From the sequence record PZ452594.1: DNA of 64,000 nucleotides. One strand, given 5' to 3'. The notes beneath the pieces were generated by a model. The model was not told the DNA's origin. It did not search any database and saw only the letters and a list, made by a program, of their open reading frames with translations. This DNA comes from a phage. How positions within the stretch are numbered: position 1 is the first letter of the stretch; each line of letters opens with the position of its first letter. Positions 45,327 to 54,868 of the stretch are shown here, one piece after another. A program made the translations under genes and the position numbers.

Positions 45327-45826
45327 TAGCTTACACGAACATTAATCACTGCGCTGCGAGGAACTACGGAGTACTCTCCAGCATGAACTACATTAAGAAG
45401 TTCAACGCCATCTTCAATCCACTGGTCAGTTACCCAACCGCCAATCGGATTCGCGAATGGACGACGAATATAAACTGCCTTACACAACAAATCAGTCGGG
45501 TCTTCAATTTTTTCAACTGGTGTTACATACATAGAAACTAAATCCATATCAATATGGGATTTTTCTTGTTCTTCTTTTTCAATTTCTGTCAATAAATTGA
45601 AATCTTCTTCATAGATGATGAATGATGATACCCTTCCATAATAGTTTCTAATTTCCATGTACACTGTACCAATGAGAATTCCGCTATTAACACTAATAAC
45701 AGTAAAAGGATATCCGCCAGTTGTACCAAGAAGTTCCCAAAACTTGCTATCAGTCGTATTCGACATTGTCTGGAAATCAATTTCAGATGGTTTTTTCATT
45801 TGATACGTAGTATTAATTTTAATCAT
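45326..45826 (-). CDS. MotB paralogue (C-terminal domain)
   Basis: 166 aa; C-terminus VTDQWIEDGVELLNVVHAGEYSVVPRS aligns with the upstream MotB-like ORF. Confidence 0.5.
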   Translation of the reverse strand: MIKINTTYQMKKPSEIDFQTMSNTTDSKFWELLGTTGGYPFTVISVNSGILIGTVYMEIRNYYGRVSSFIIYEEDFNLLTEIEKEEQEKSHIDMDLVSMYVTPVEKIEDPTDLLCKAVYIRRPFANPIGGWVTDQWIEDGVELLNVVHAGEYSVVPRSAVINVRVS

Positions 45827-45835
45827 AATTTTCCT

Positions 45836-46348
45836 TTAATCTAAGGTAATAAAGCCTTTTAATTCGGCATGCGATTTGCGAAACATTACTTGATGCCCAC
45901 CAATGATAACTTGATCATCTGGCACTTCATAAATCGCAATGTACATTCCACGATCTTTTAAGTCTTCACGCTCTTCTCGAGTAAACCATCTCATTATATC
46001 ATATTCACTAGCGAAAGCAAAATGATATAATGCAATAAACCACAATGGAATATAATTTTCAATTCGTGAATAATCTTTATTCCATTTAGTTTTAATAGCA
46101 TCATTAGCATTTTCAACTAATAACTTATCATCGTGTGGAATAGGAATACTTTCATGACTTTCATAATCATTGCTATGATGATGAAATGATGATGAATTAA
46201 TACCGCAAAATTTTAGCCAAGTTCGAGTTTTCATAGAATCAAATCCACGATAAGGAGTTGATTGAACACATAACTCTTGCCTAATTTTCATTATACCACT
46301 ATCATCATTTAATGCGCTAAACGATGATTCAACACGATAAATTTTCAT
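45836..46348 (-). CDS. hypothetical protein
   Basis: 170 aa from internal ATG with SD GAGGATAATAAA; the track start lies inside the promoter. Confidence 0.45.
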   Translation of the reverse strand: MKIYRVESSFSALNDDSGIMKIRQELCVQSTPYRGFDSMKTRTWLKFCGINSSSFHHHSNDYESHESIPIPHDDKLLVENANDAIKTKWNKDYSRIENYIPLWFIALYHFAFASEYDIMRWFTREEREDLKDRGMYIAIYEVPDDQVIIGGHQVMFRKSHAELKGFITLD

Positions 46349-46375
46349 TTTATTATCCTCAGTAGCTATGGTGTT

Positions 46376-46405
46376 ATAATACCACAACTAACCGAGGAAG
46401 TAAAC
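46376..46405 (-). promoter_or_regulatory. T4-type early promoter (GTTTAC-18-TATTAT)
   Basis: GTTTAC 46400-46405, -10 46376-46381. Confidence 0.5.
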
Positions 46406-46411
46406 AACTTT

Positions 46412-47095
46412 TTATCGTTTAGTTGGAAGAGATAGAGGATCGCATTCTTCCTCTGATGGAGCGTCTTCAAGACCCATAGCATAGCGCAAAGCATACTTCA
46501 TCATCAGGATGTCTTTCGCACAGTCATGAATAGAATCATGTGCAACGAATCCATCTAAAGTTCCCTTTGGAAGAGGACATGTGGTCATATCACGAACAAG
46601 TAGAAGTGCTTCAATTCTGGTACGAATATCACGCTGATTCCAGAATTTACACGGTTCTAACTTAAATGTATCAAGCTCATTCTCGGAAACGCCATTAAGA
46701 CGTTGAATATCGCGAATGAGATCGACTAAAATTGGAAAATCAAACGACATTCCACGGCACCAGCCTTGAGATTTCCAAGGATCGATATTATGTGCATTGA
46801 TGTAATCGTTGAATTTTGCAATACCATCAATGGTGCTTACATCTTCATCGGATGGTGCAATATTTTTTCGAGCTTCAGGAGACTGATTTTTCCACCATTC
46901 GATAGTGCTTTTAGTAAAAAGACGATGTCCTTTTTGGCTTTTTAAATCAAATTTGATTTTAATGCCACGTGAAACTAATTCATCAAATGTTTCAACAACT
47001 TCTGGGTTAGGGTCAAAGGCAATAACAGCCAAATCAATAACCGCTGCTTTTTCACCGCTTCCCATTGTTTCAAAATCTATAATAAAATCAAACAT
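46412..47095 (-). CDS. dexA: exonuclease A (DEDD 3'-5' exonuclease)
   Basis: 227 aa; N-terminal DxE motif (DFETMG) and later H/D motifs. Confidence 0.85.
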   Translation of the reverse strand: MFDFIIDFETMGSGEKAAVIDLAVIAFDPNPEVVETFDELVSRGIKIKFDLKSQKGHRLFTKSTIEWWKNQSPEARKNIAPSDEDVSTIDGIAKFNDYINAHNIDPWKSQGWCRGMSFDFPILVDLIRDIQRLNGVSENELDTFKLEPCKFWNQRDIRTRIEALLLVRDMTTCPLPKGTLDGFVAHDSIHDCAKDILMMKYALRYAMGLEDAPSEEECDPLSLPTKR

Positions 47096-47352
47096 TAAAT
47101 TTTCCTTGCTAAATCGCGAATTTGACCTACAGTATAGTCTTGAATATAAACTTTATTAATAGGTTCATCAATAAATTTTGCCATAGATTCAATATCTTTT
47201 TGCATCTCTTCAAGACTGTATATTATCTTTAAAGCTTTTTCGCGAATAGTAATATTTTCAGGACCTGGATTTTCTTTAATGACAGCTTTAACATTTGTCA
47301 TAAGAGATTTAAACTGGTACCAACTCAACTCAATCATTAATAATCGCCTCAT
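47095..47352 (-). CDS. hypothetical protein
   Basis: 85 aa; paralogous pattern with the next ORF (MR.L, QF, LEE, DY.G.I). Confidence 0.5.
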   Translation of the reverse strand: MRRLLMIELSWYQFKSLMTNVKAVIKENPGPENITIREKALKIIYSLEEMQKDIESMAKFIDEPINKVYIQDYTVGQIRDLARKI

Positions 47353-47590
47353 AAAGATAGCTAATTTCGCCTAAAACGTAATCATTGATTGTAACAGTTT
47401 TCACTTCACCACAAAAGAATTCTAACGCAATTAAATCTCGTTCAATTTCTTCTAATTGAAGCATCAACTTACTAGATTCAATTTTTACAGTTTCACGATT
47501 TTTACCATGAGCAATTTCATAAATTTCGCTAACTTTATCCTGAAGAAGATAAAACTGATCTTTAGTTATTTCCACGAATAGCTTCCTCAA
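47330..47590 (-). CDS. hypothetical protein
   Basis: 86-aa ORF. Confidence 0.5.
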   Translation of the reverse strand: MRKLFVEITKDQFYLLQDKVSEIYEIAHGKNRETVKIESSKLMLQLEEIERDLIALEFFCGEVKTVTINDYVLGEISYLYEAIIND

Positions 47591-47822
47591 ATTTAATTAG
47601 TAATTTACAGACACTTTCATCTAGTGTAATTACCGTATCTGTATTACTGTGATATGATTGTTTTTCAATTCGTTTAATTGCTAATATAGTATCACTTATA
47701 AGATAAAGCTTATGAAGGAGCTCAGCTCCTGTTACCATAACATCGAGATTATCTTGCTTATTAGTATGCTTCCTTATACCATCTATTAGACGATTTAAAT
47801 ATTTTGAATTGATGTTAATCAT
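47562..47822 (-). CDS. hypothetical protein
   Basis: 86-aa ORF. Confidence 0.5.
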   Translation of the reverse strand: MININSKYLNRLIDGIRKHTNKQDNLDVMVTGAELLHKLYLISDTILAIKRIEKQSYHSNTDTVITLDESVCKLLIKFEEAIRGNN

Positions 47823-47828
47823 ATATCC

Positions 47829-49148
47829 TCACACATAAAATACGTCATAACGACCACGGGTAACACCAACATAAAGAAGTTGTTGAGCTAGTTCAGCATC
47901 TGCATAATGAATACAAGGCGTATAAATGAAAGCACGGTCTACAGACATACCCTGAGCTTTATGGAATGTTGATGCAGGAAGTGCTTTCACTTTACTAAAC
48001 TGTGATTTAGCATCCCAAAAATCACTCCACGGAGCTTTTCCGCCTTTGTTCCAATTTTTATAAGTTTCTGCAGTTTTACCTAAAAATAGGTTAAACTTAT
48101 ATAGCTCTTCATCAGATGAAATTATTTTAATCTTTTCACTATAATATTCATCATCGCCGTAAGTTTCTACTGTTAAATCCCAATGACGAATTAAGTATTC
48201 TCCAGGAACACCACGGGCTTTAACAAACGTCGATGTATACTCTGCTTCTATAATACGAACTAATTGTCCGTTATTAAAAATAATTTCTGACACAGGCTTT
48301 CCATCAATTTTATATGTTTTAATTAATGGTTCCTGCATTACAATAATTTCACCTACAATAAAATCTTTATCAGTTTCAAAAATCTTTTTACGAATAATGC
48401 TATTTAACTTGTCAACAGATTTATTCGTAAATGCCATTACGCGATTTTCAAACAAATCATCTAGAGATTTGACGATTGAAAAATAATTTACCATAAAATC
48501 GCGTAAAGCGGTATCACCTGTAAATCCACGTACTCCATGCCCGTCAACAACTTTATCATAAATCCACTTACCGTTGCGAACATCAGTAGCTACATCAATA
48601 ATAGGAGCATTACTGCGTTTAACTTCAGTAAGTTCACACTGATAAAAATCTTTGTGTGTAAAGAATGGACTGATATAAGCAGTATTTTCTCCTGGATCAA
48701 CAGGTCTAATTTGCTTATTATCACCTATTCCAATTATAGTACACCAAGGTGGAATAGTTGAAAGCAGAATTTTAAATAGCTTTCTATCATACATTGACAC
48801 TTCGTCGCAGATTAATACCCTGCATTTAGCTAAATCTGGTACTTCCTTCTGTTCAAAAAGAACGTTTTCTTCATACGTAACTGGGTTAATTTTAAGAATA
48901 CTGTGAATAGTACTCGCTTCTTTCCCCGACAGTTTTGAAAGAATCTTTTTAGCTGCATGTGTAGGAGCTGCCAAAATGATACCAGTTTCGCCTGTTGATA
49001 TTAAAGCTTCAATGATGAACTTAGTAAGAGTAGTCTTACCAGTACCAGCAGGTCCATTAATAGTTACATGATGTTTCTTTTCTTTAATAGCCCTCATAAC
49101 GATGTTAAAGGCATTTTTCTGGCCTTCTGTCAAATCATCAAATGTCAT
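47829..49148 (-). CDS. dda: Dda DNA helicase (SF1)
   Basis: 439 aa; Walker A GPAGTGKTT and SF1 helicase motifs. Confidence 0.93.
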   Translation of the reverse strand: MTFDDLTEGQKNAFNIVMRAIKEKKHHVTINGPAGTGKTTLTKFIIEALISTGETGIILAAPTHAAKKILSKLSGKEASTIHSILKINPVTYEENVLFEQKEVPDLAKCRVLICDEVSMYDRKLFKILLSTIPPWCTIIGIGDNKQIRPVDPGENTAYISPFFTHKDFYQCELTEVKRSNAPIIDVATDVRNGKWIYDKVVDGHGVRGFTGDTALRDFMVNYFSIVKSLDDLFENRVMAFTNKSVDKLNSIIRKKIFETDKDFIVGEIIVMQEPLIKTYKIDGKPVSEIIFNNGQLVRIIEAEYTSTFVKARGVPGEYLIRHWDLTVETYGDDEYYSEKIKIISSDEELYKFNLFLGKTAETYKNWNKGGKAPWSDFWDAKSQFSKVKALPASTFHKAQGMSVDRAFIYTPCIHYADAELAQQLLYVGVTRGRYDVFYV

Positions 49149-49456
49149 CGGAAAGTCCCTGCAATTGGAATACTAACAATACGCCCAGTATCTAGAATTC
49201 GTTGATATAATCTTTGTGTGTCTATGTCAGGCTTAACATGTTTAACTTCTATTTTATTAAACCAAAATTTACGTGGAGTCTCAACTAATCTTGGAATTCC
49301 CTTACCTAAAGCTAGTCGATACTGCTCTTTAAGAGTAGTAAATACTTTATCAGCAATATTCCATTCAAAAAATACAGCAGGACGATGTTCATCAAGTGGA
49401 ACTGGCGCCGTAAATCCGTCTTTGTCTCGGTAAACTATCGCGTATACATAAACCAT
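49145..49456 (-). CDS. hypothetical protein (dda.1-like)
   Basis: 103-aa ORF. Confidence 0.5.
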   Translation of the reverse strand: MVYVYAIVYRDKDGFTAPVPLDEHRPAVFFEWNIADKVFTTLKEQYRLALGKGIPRLVETPRKFWFNKIEVKHVKPDIDTQRLYQRILDTGRIVSIPIAGTFR

Positions 49457-49457
49457 A

Positions 49458-50204
49458 TTATCCTCGGATAAGTTTAAAAATTGAACAATTTAGCGGATAT
49501 CCTCTTTTCAGTTTAAGTTTATCAATAAAAGACAAATTTTGATACCGCTCTACACCTTGAATAATTTTATCACACATATCATATTGCATTTCTGCTTCTG
49601 ACAACTTTTTCACAATTTTCCAATCCGAGCCTTTAAGAAGAACGTTCAGTTTAACAACTTCAGCGCCTTCTGCTATGCGAGAACCATCAATACGAGCTTT
49701 GAGTGCTATAATCCTTAGCTTAATGTCAGATGTCTGTTTTGATTTAGAAAGCTGAGAAATGTGTTCAATTCGATTTTCACGTTTTTTCTGTATAGCTTTA
49801 ATTTGATTATAAGTCTTTTTGATTTTAGCCCATTTCTTTTCATCTAAATTTAGTTTATGAACTTTTTTCGCAGATGAACGACCAATTCGCAAAGCAAATA
49901 AATCACGCTTTTCAATCAACTCTTCTAAAGTATAATCAGAACGAAATGTATTATACTTTTTCTTTACTGCAATAACATTCCCTTTAATGTATCCAACGTT
50001 ATTATCAAAACGTTCTAATGATAATTTCTCTCCTTCAATACGATTATCAAAAGGTTCTCCCGAGTAAGCGCAAACTTTTTGATCTAAAATGTTCTTAATG
50101 TAATTGAAGTCTAAGTTAAAATCTTTAGAACGTCTTTTTGCAGATGCCTGAGTATGCTCTAGACGACGTTTAATTTTACGAATTTGATTATTAGACAGCT
50201 TCAT
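49458..50204 (-). CDS. basic protein, tentatively Srd-like
   Basis: 248 aa, lysine/arginine-rich; assigned by position only. Confidence 0.35.
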   Translation of the reverse strand: MKLSNNQIRKIKRRLEHTQASAKRRSKDFNLDFNYIKNILDQKVCAYSGEPFDNRIEGEKLSLERFDNNVGYIKGNVIAVKKKYNTFRSDYTLEELIEKRDLFALRIGRSSAKKVHKLNLDEKKWAKIKKTYNQIKAIQKKRENRIEHISQLSKSKQTSDIKLRIIALKARIDGSRIAEGAEVVKLNVLLKGSDWKIVKKLSEAEMQYDMCDKIIQGVERYQNLSFIDKLKLKRGYPLNCSIFKLIRG

Positions 50205-50240
50205 ATTTTTCTCACATCTTACGGACGGTTAACTACTTAT

Positions 50241-50270
50241 ACTATAACATTTTTACTTTAACTTGTAAAC
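50241..50270 (-). promoter_or_regulatory. T4-type early promoter (GTTTAC-18-TATAGT)
   Basis: GTTTAC 50265-50270, -10 50241-50246. Confidence 0.45.
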
Positions 50271-50327
50271 AACTTTATGTAAAAATGCTTTAAAAATTTC
50301 ATGGTATAATGAATCTAAGTCCTTCCA

Positions 50328-50930
50328 TTATAGATTAAATCCTTCAAAATCAAGAGTATAGATAGTGTATGTTGAATACTTTTTGTACTCATATCTATCT
50401 GCAATTTTAAATACACTTCCAGCTGGTATCATTACTTCTTGTTCATCTGAAACTAATTCCATATTACGATAACGATGGCTATCCGGAAACTTAAAGTTTG
50501 GATTGTATTCTTTACAGCGTAGAGCTTTTATAGCATACTCCTGGAAATTGAATACCATAGGAGCTTTGAATTCAAAAATAACCTGTGTGTTATACTCTAA
50601 ACCGGAAGCAAAATGTAGAGCTATATTTTTATCATATGAAGCTGATACGACTTTATCAAATGTAATAATATCAATTCCTTGATTTAACACCTGCTTAGTC
50701 TCAGCTGGAACACCTCTCCAAAGAGGTTTATCGTTTGGAACCAAACGAGATTTGATTATTTCATTTAACCAAGTATGGTCATCTGGTTTGTTGGTAATAC
50801 AATGAATTAAAAGTTCAATTTCAGATAAATTAAACCCTTCAGAAAGTAATTCTTCACGAATAGAAGCACGCACCGATGCATCCATTGATTTTATTTTAAA
50901 ATCTTTTAGTTGCATTACTGAGTATTTCAT
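50328..50930 (-). CDS. modA: ADP-ribosyltransferase ModA
   Basis: 200 aa; R / S.S / E.E signature (LWRGV, SASYD, EQEVMIP). Confidence 0.8.
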   Translation of the reverse strand: MKYSVMQLKDFKIKSMDASVRASIREELLSEGFNLSEIELLIHCITNKPDDHTWLNEIIKSRLVPNDKPLWRGVPAETKQVLNQGIDIITFDKVVSASYDKNIALHFASGLEYNTQVIFEFKAPMVFNFQEYAIKALRCKEYNPNFKFPDSHRYRNMELVSDEQEVMIPAGSVFKIADRYEYKKYSTYTIYTLDFEGFNL

Positions 50931-51562
50931 TCAACTACCTCAATATCATAAACTTTAAATGTTCCAAATGAATCGTGTAATTTTTCTTTTGAAATAGAAG
51001 TTATTCTATACTTTCCAATTGGAATCATCCATTCTTGTTCATGTACAATCATCATTAAGTTATCAGTACGCTCTGAATCTAATCCATCAGTGTCTTCATA
51101 CGTGTACTTAAACTCAGTATTAGGAGAAGAAAGTATAATATCGCTGATATGGTCAGAGTAATTAAAAGCTTTATCAGTTTTTAAACGAAGTATTGTTTCA
51201 GTGAAATATTCAGCATAAGAAAAAGAACACGCTGTATGCAAACTAGTAGTAAATGAATCTACCCTGTTCGTTGAAAACACTTCTCCAACCTGTAAATCTT
51301 TAATAAGTTCTTTTGTCGATTTTGATATACCACGATATAATTGATAAGGTGATTTAGTTAAATGCTTTTTAATGATTTTATTCAATTGCCGATGAAGAGC
51401 TTCATTCTTTTTAGCTTCCATACATTGCCAAAGAACAGACTGCTCAAAGTCAGTAAATTTTTCACAGACTTTTTTATACATATCATATTGAAAATCAACG
51501 CTTTCAGCTTTTATAGATAACTGTTCAACATCTGCAAGATTAATAATCATGATAGCCTCCAT
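50927..51562 (-). CDS. modB: ADP-ribosyltransferase ModB
   Basis: 211 aa paralogue of ModA with EQEWMIP motif. Confidence 0.8.
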   Translation of the reverse strand: MEAIMIINLADVEQLSIKAESVDFQYDMYKKVCEKFTDFEQSVLWQCMEAKKNEALHRQLNKIIKKHLTKSPYQLYRGISKSTKELIKDLQVGEVFSTNRVDSFTTSLHTACSFSYAEYFTETILRLKTDKAFNYSDHISDIILSSPNTEFKYTYEDTDGLDSERTDNLMMIVHEQEWMIPIGKYRITSISKEKLHDSFGTFKVYDIEVVE

Positions 51563-51576
51563 ATACTTCAGAAGCT

Positions 51577-51606
51577 ATCATATCATCGTTAGAAAGGAAA
51601 GTAAAC
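51577..51606 (-). promoter_or_regulatory. T4-type early promoter (GTTTAC-18-TATGAT)
   Basis: GTTTAC 51601-51606, weaker -10 at 51577-51582. Confidence 0.4.
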
Positions 51607-51617
51607 AACTTTTTGAA

Positions 51618-51800
51618 TTATTTTGCCCAGGGAGCCCAAGGCGGAGGGTCAAGATGGTATGAAGCTAGTTCTTCTAGAAGAGCATCTGGGGCTTCAATTC
51701 CATAATTCTGTAATACTATACGGTACTCTTTCTTATAATCGCTAGAATCATTCTGGATATTCGTAGAATGATTATCTTCTAACATCTCAAATAAATCCAT
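51618..51800 (-). CDS. hypothetical protein
   Basis: 60-aa acidic ORF. Confidence 0.4.
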   Translation of the reverse strand: MDLFEMLEDNHSTNIQNDSSDYKKEYRIVLQNYGIEAPDALLEELASYHLDPPPWAPWAK

Positions 51801-51808
51801 ATTAATTC

Positions 51809-52279
51809 CTAGCGATAAAAACCAAATTGACGATTAGCTTCAATAATCTTTCTTTCTTCTTCTGACATTCTCCAGCGTAGTCCAACGTCAAAATGAGCCC
51901 AGACCATCTTAACAAATGCATTTATATCTTTAATATCTTCAATAATGAATGTTTTACTTTTAGAAGGTTGACTCGCTAATTTAACTTTATCATCTTCAAA
52001 CAGGTCAAAAAGACCATATTCGTGAGCTCTTTTATAGCCTTTAATAGTTAAAGCTTCAGAAGAAGAAAATGGTGAATCTGTATTCTGCAAAATATCTTCA
52101 GTATGCTTTATAACTAGAATAACATTTTCTGGATATTTTCTTTCTTTTATATCTTTAATTAAAATATCCGGATTTTCTGCTAAAGGAATAATTAATGAGC
52201 ACTTTTTATCAAGTGTATTTACTGATTTACCTTCTTTAGACATAAATTCTATTGAATAATGTTTTGCTACTTCAATCAT
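51809..52279 (-). CDS. hypothetical protein
   Basis: 156-aa ORF. Confidence 0.5.
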   Translation of the reverse strand: MIEVAKHYSIEFMSKEGKSVNTLDKKCSLIIPLAENPDILIKDIKERKYPENVILVIKHTEDILQNTDSPFSSSEALTIKGYKRAHEYGLFDLFEDDKVKLASQPSKSKTFIIEDIKDINAFVKMVWAHFDVGLRWRMSEEERKIIEANRQFGFYR

Positions 52280-52432
52280 GTGATTTCCTCTTGCCTACTA
52301 ATGGGCCGTCAGGAATTTTGTTTTCCTGAATGTATTTCTCATTTTCTTCCATCATTTTAATGCCAATTTTAAGAAGCAAATCCATTGCTTCATTTGCTTT
52401 AGCTTTAGCCTCTTCTAACGTCATATCTCTGT

Positions 52433-52636
52433 TCATGATTTATCCCCATAGATGTCTCTCATCAATTTAAGCGCTGAGCGTTCTAATTTCTTTTCTTTCT
52501 CAACGCTAATCATTGATTTCATCCATTCTTCTGATTCGTTCTGCATTTCTTTATTTGCCTGTTCAACCCAACCATCATCAATGTACATTGAGTTTGGTCT
52601 ATTGAACCATTCAAACATTTTCTTCAGAACTTTCAT
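52433..52636 (-). CDS. hypothetical protein
   Basis: 67-aa ORF. Confidence 0.45.
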   Translation of the reverse strand: MKVLKKMFEWFNRPNSMYIDDGWVEQANKEMQNESEEWMKSMISVEKEKKLERSALKLMRDIYGDKS

Positions 52637-53108
52637 TTGTTTTACCTAAAACGATAGTATGGACACCGTCAAATTCATGAATTTTTAGCAAATTAGGATT
52701 TAAATTATTCCATAAAGAGGTAATAAAATATGATAGCGCACTTTCGTCCGTAATTATAAATTTATTTCCTTTATCTATTTTCCAATCATATATTGAATCG
52801 TATGAATAGAAGGATAACGGTTTATTATTATAGTATGCTTCAGCAACATCAATATAGTTAGATTTAGTAAATGCTTGAATTGCCATAAATGGAGAATTTT
52901 GTACAGTTTCAATAATTCCGATCTTTTTAAGTTTTATTTCAACATCTTCTGGAACTGGCATTGAAATAAAATCTTCTACTAGATACATGTCATTGTCATA
53001 TCTTTTATCAATCATTACTGCTACTGTAATTGGAACATCCTTGACAAACGCCATACTAATACTATTGATAGACATTTCAAACAAAATCGCTTCCATAATT
53101 TTCCTCAA
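52611..53108 (-). CDS. hypothetical protein
   Basis: 165-aa ORF. Confidence 0.5.
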   Translation of the reverse strand: MRKIMEAILFEMSINSISMAFVKDVPITVAVMIDKRYDNDMYLVEDFISMPVPEDVEIKLKKIGIIETVQNSPFMAIQAFTKSNYIDVAEAYYNNKPLSFYSYDSIYDWKIDKGNKFIITDESALSYFITSLWNNLNPNLLKIHEFDGVHTIVLGKTNESSEENV

Positions 53109-53446
53109 TCACAAGATGTAGATGAACAACTAGAATCACAAGAACTTCCACATGAATCGCCCGTCCATACATGAACAGGAACATTAGTATCATATGAATC
53201 AGAACTAGACTGTGTATTCTGTGCATTAGATGATGTAGTAGGTACTGACCAGCGCCAAGGATTTTTATAATATTCTTGGGCTTCTTCATAAGTCATAGTA
53301 ACTGCTTCTACTGTTCCATCTCCCATATAAACATATTCAACTACAGTTAAAGGAATGTAGTCATTTGAAATAGGAACTACACCTTCTCCGGGAGTTGTAG
53401 AGAAAAAATCCGTAAAGAAACTTTTAAACCAATTAAAGATAAACAT
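53105..53446 (-). CDS. hypothetical protein with Cys/Ser-rich C-terminus
   Basis: 113 aa ending [18 protein letters not shown]. Confidence 0.5.
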   Translation of the reverse strand: MFIFNWFKSFFTDFFSTTPGEGVVPISNDYIPLTVVEYVYMGDGTVEAVTMTYEEAQEYYKNPWRWSVPTTSSNAQNTQSSSDSYDTNVPVHVWTGDSCGSSCDSSCSSTSCD

Positions 53447-53652
53447 TACAAAAAGCCTCTTTTGAATTCGACTTGCTTTTCGCCATAATCATATCGAATC
53501 TCTGCATTAAATTCGACAGAACCATCTGCATACATCATAAATGAATGCACAACAACTTCTGTAGACCATGGTTGTAGTTCATATTTCTTCATTACATGTC
53601 GTGAAATGATAATATCTAAATCTTCATTCGGTTTAATCCAACGATTTAACAT
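53446..53652 (-). CDS. hypothetical protein
   Basis: 68-aa ORF with SD GAGGAGAGCGCT. Confidence 0.5.
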   Translation of the reverse strand: MLNRWIKPNEDLDIIISRHVMKKYELQPWSTEVVVHSFMMYADGSVEFNAEIRYDYGEKQVEFKRGFL

Positions 53653-53678
53653 AGCGCTCTCCTCTATAAGATAATTTT

Positions 53679-53708
53679 ATTATACCATACTCATTTTGGA
53701 AAGTAAAC
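53679..53708 (-). promoter_or_regulatory. T4-type early promoter (GTTTAC-18-TATAAT)
   Basis: GTTTAC 53703-53708, TATAAT 53679-53684. Confidence 0.55.
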
Positions 53709-53717
53709 CATTTAAAT

Positions 53718-53743
53718 GAAAAAAGGACTCCCGAAGGAGTCCT
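53718..53743 (-). terminator. intrinsic terminator after soc
   Basis: Hairpin GGACTCC / CGAA / GGAGTCC plus U-run; identical to the hairpin at 273-292. Confidence 0.6.
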
Positions 53744-53748
53744 TGAAT

Positions 53749-53994
53749 TTATTCACCAGTTACTTTCCACAAATCTTCATTTGCAGCAATCCATTCAGTA
53801 CGTTGATTTTCTTCATATACTGTAGAATATGCTGCTTTTTCTGAAGGGAATGTCTGGTAATGTGCACCAGAAATTTTGTGAACGTCAGAATAAAGAGGGA
53901 AAGCTACGGAAATTTCCTTTCCTTCAATTTTCTTATTTCCATCTAATTTCTGCTCAAATGTTTTGATATTAACATAACCGCGAGTACTAGCCAT
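53749..53994 (-). CDS. soc: Soc small outer capsid protein
   Basis: 81-aa ORF MASTRGYVNIKTFEQ... matching T4 Soc by recall. Confidence 0.9.
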   Translation of the reverse strand: MASTRGYVNIKTFEQKLDGNKKIEGKEISVAFPLYSDVHKISGAHYQTFPSEKAAYSTVYEENQRTEWIAANEDLWKVTGE

Positions 53995-54024
53995 GTAATT
54001 CTCCTTTTATTTAAATTACATGAT

Positions 54025-54032
54025 TATTTATA
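54025..54032 (-). promoter_or_regulatory. late promoter TATAAATA for soc
   Basis: Exact TATAAATA (minus) about 30 nt upstream of the soc ATG. Confidence 0.6.
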
Positions 54033-54077
54033 ATAAATTCTCGCGGCTTTTAAGTCGTCGTTTATTTAAACGAGCTA

Positions 54078-54596
54078 TTAATAGCCTCGGTCTTGACGAG
54101 CGAAATTTTCAGCATTTTTCAGATAATAAAGTTTAAATATTTCTTCAGCTGACATTCCAAGAGCAATAAATTTATTCATGAAAAAGTGAAATTGGTCAAT
54201 CAGTTCAAATTTAATTTCAAGCTGATCTTCAGGAGATAAGTCTTGAATTTTCTTGGATTGCATTTCAGAATAACGTTTCTTCCAAGGTTTCCATACGGCA
54301 GAAGCTTCTTTTTCACCATTACTCATACCACCAAGAGAAGTATATAGCTCGCGAGTTTCATCTGCGATATAATCGTCTTGGTTTCGCAACCAAGCAAGAA
54401 CTTCTCCTGCAGTTTCAAGTGAATCAGGATGACGATTTGTTTCTGGTTTATCATTAGCCAAACGAATCTGTAAATGCCGCTGCATATCAAGCATAACCTG
54501 CAGTGGGTCAATATTGTGCATAATATTCTCAGCATATGCACGATTTGCTTTATCAACACCTTCGATCAAATGAGCGCATTCATTAAAGTAAGCCAT
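54078..54596 (-). CDS. 56: dCTPase / dUTPase (gene 56, MazG-like)
   Basis: 172 aa from internal ATG with SD AGGAAAATA; track N-terminal extension rejected. Confidence 0.8.
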   Translation of the reverse strand: MAYFNECAHLIEGVDKANRAYAENIMHNIDPLQVMLDMQRHLQIRLANDKPETNRHPDSLETAGEVLAWLRNQDDYIADETRELYTSLGGMSNGEKEASAVWKPWKKRYSEMQSKKIQDLSPEDQLEIKFELIDQFHFFMNKFIALGMSAEEIFKLYYLKNAENFARQDRGY

Positions 54597-54667
54597 TATT
54601 TTTCCTTTCAATTCATGGGTTAGTAGATTAATTATACAATAAATATATAAAGCAATAAGGAGGACAT

Positions 54668-54868
54668 ATGGTACAAAAATTAATGGCACTTGTTAATGCC
54701 ATAAAAGGTAATAAAAAACGTATAGCTTTTACTATTTCTGCTATGGTAGGAATTTTACTCTGGAACTTTATTCTATCACCTGTTGCAATTGCACATGGTA
54801 TTAATATTCCAGTAGTTACTCTTGATACATTTGTAGATTTAGCATTTGCTTTAGTTGGGTTGATTTAA
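54668..54868 (+). CDS. plus-strand small membrane protein, 66 aa
   Basis: Strong SD AAGGAGG 6 nt before ATG; hydrophobic; stop overlaps the gene 61 stop on the opposite strand. Confidence 0.5.
   Translation: MVQKLMALVNAIKGNKKRIAFTISAMVGILLWNFILSPVAIAHGINIPVVTLDTFVDLAFALVGLI

Noticed and set aside
49458-50204. The 248-aa basic ORF as a second HNH homing endonuclease
   Set aside because: The candidate motif (CAYSGEPF...ERFDNNVGYIKGN) lacks the canonical histidines, so it is kept as a tentative Srd-like protein.
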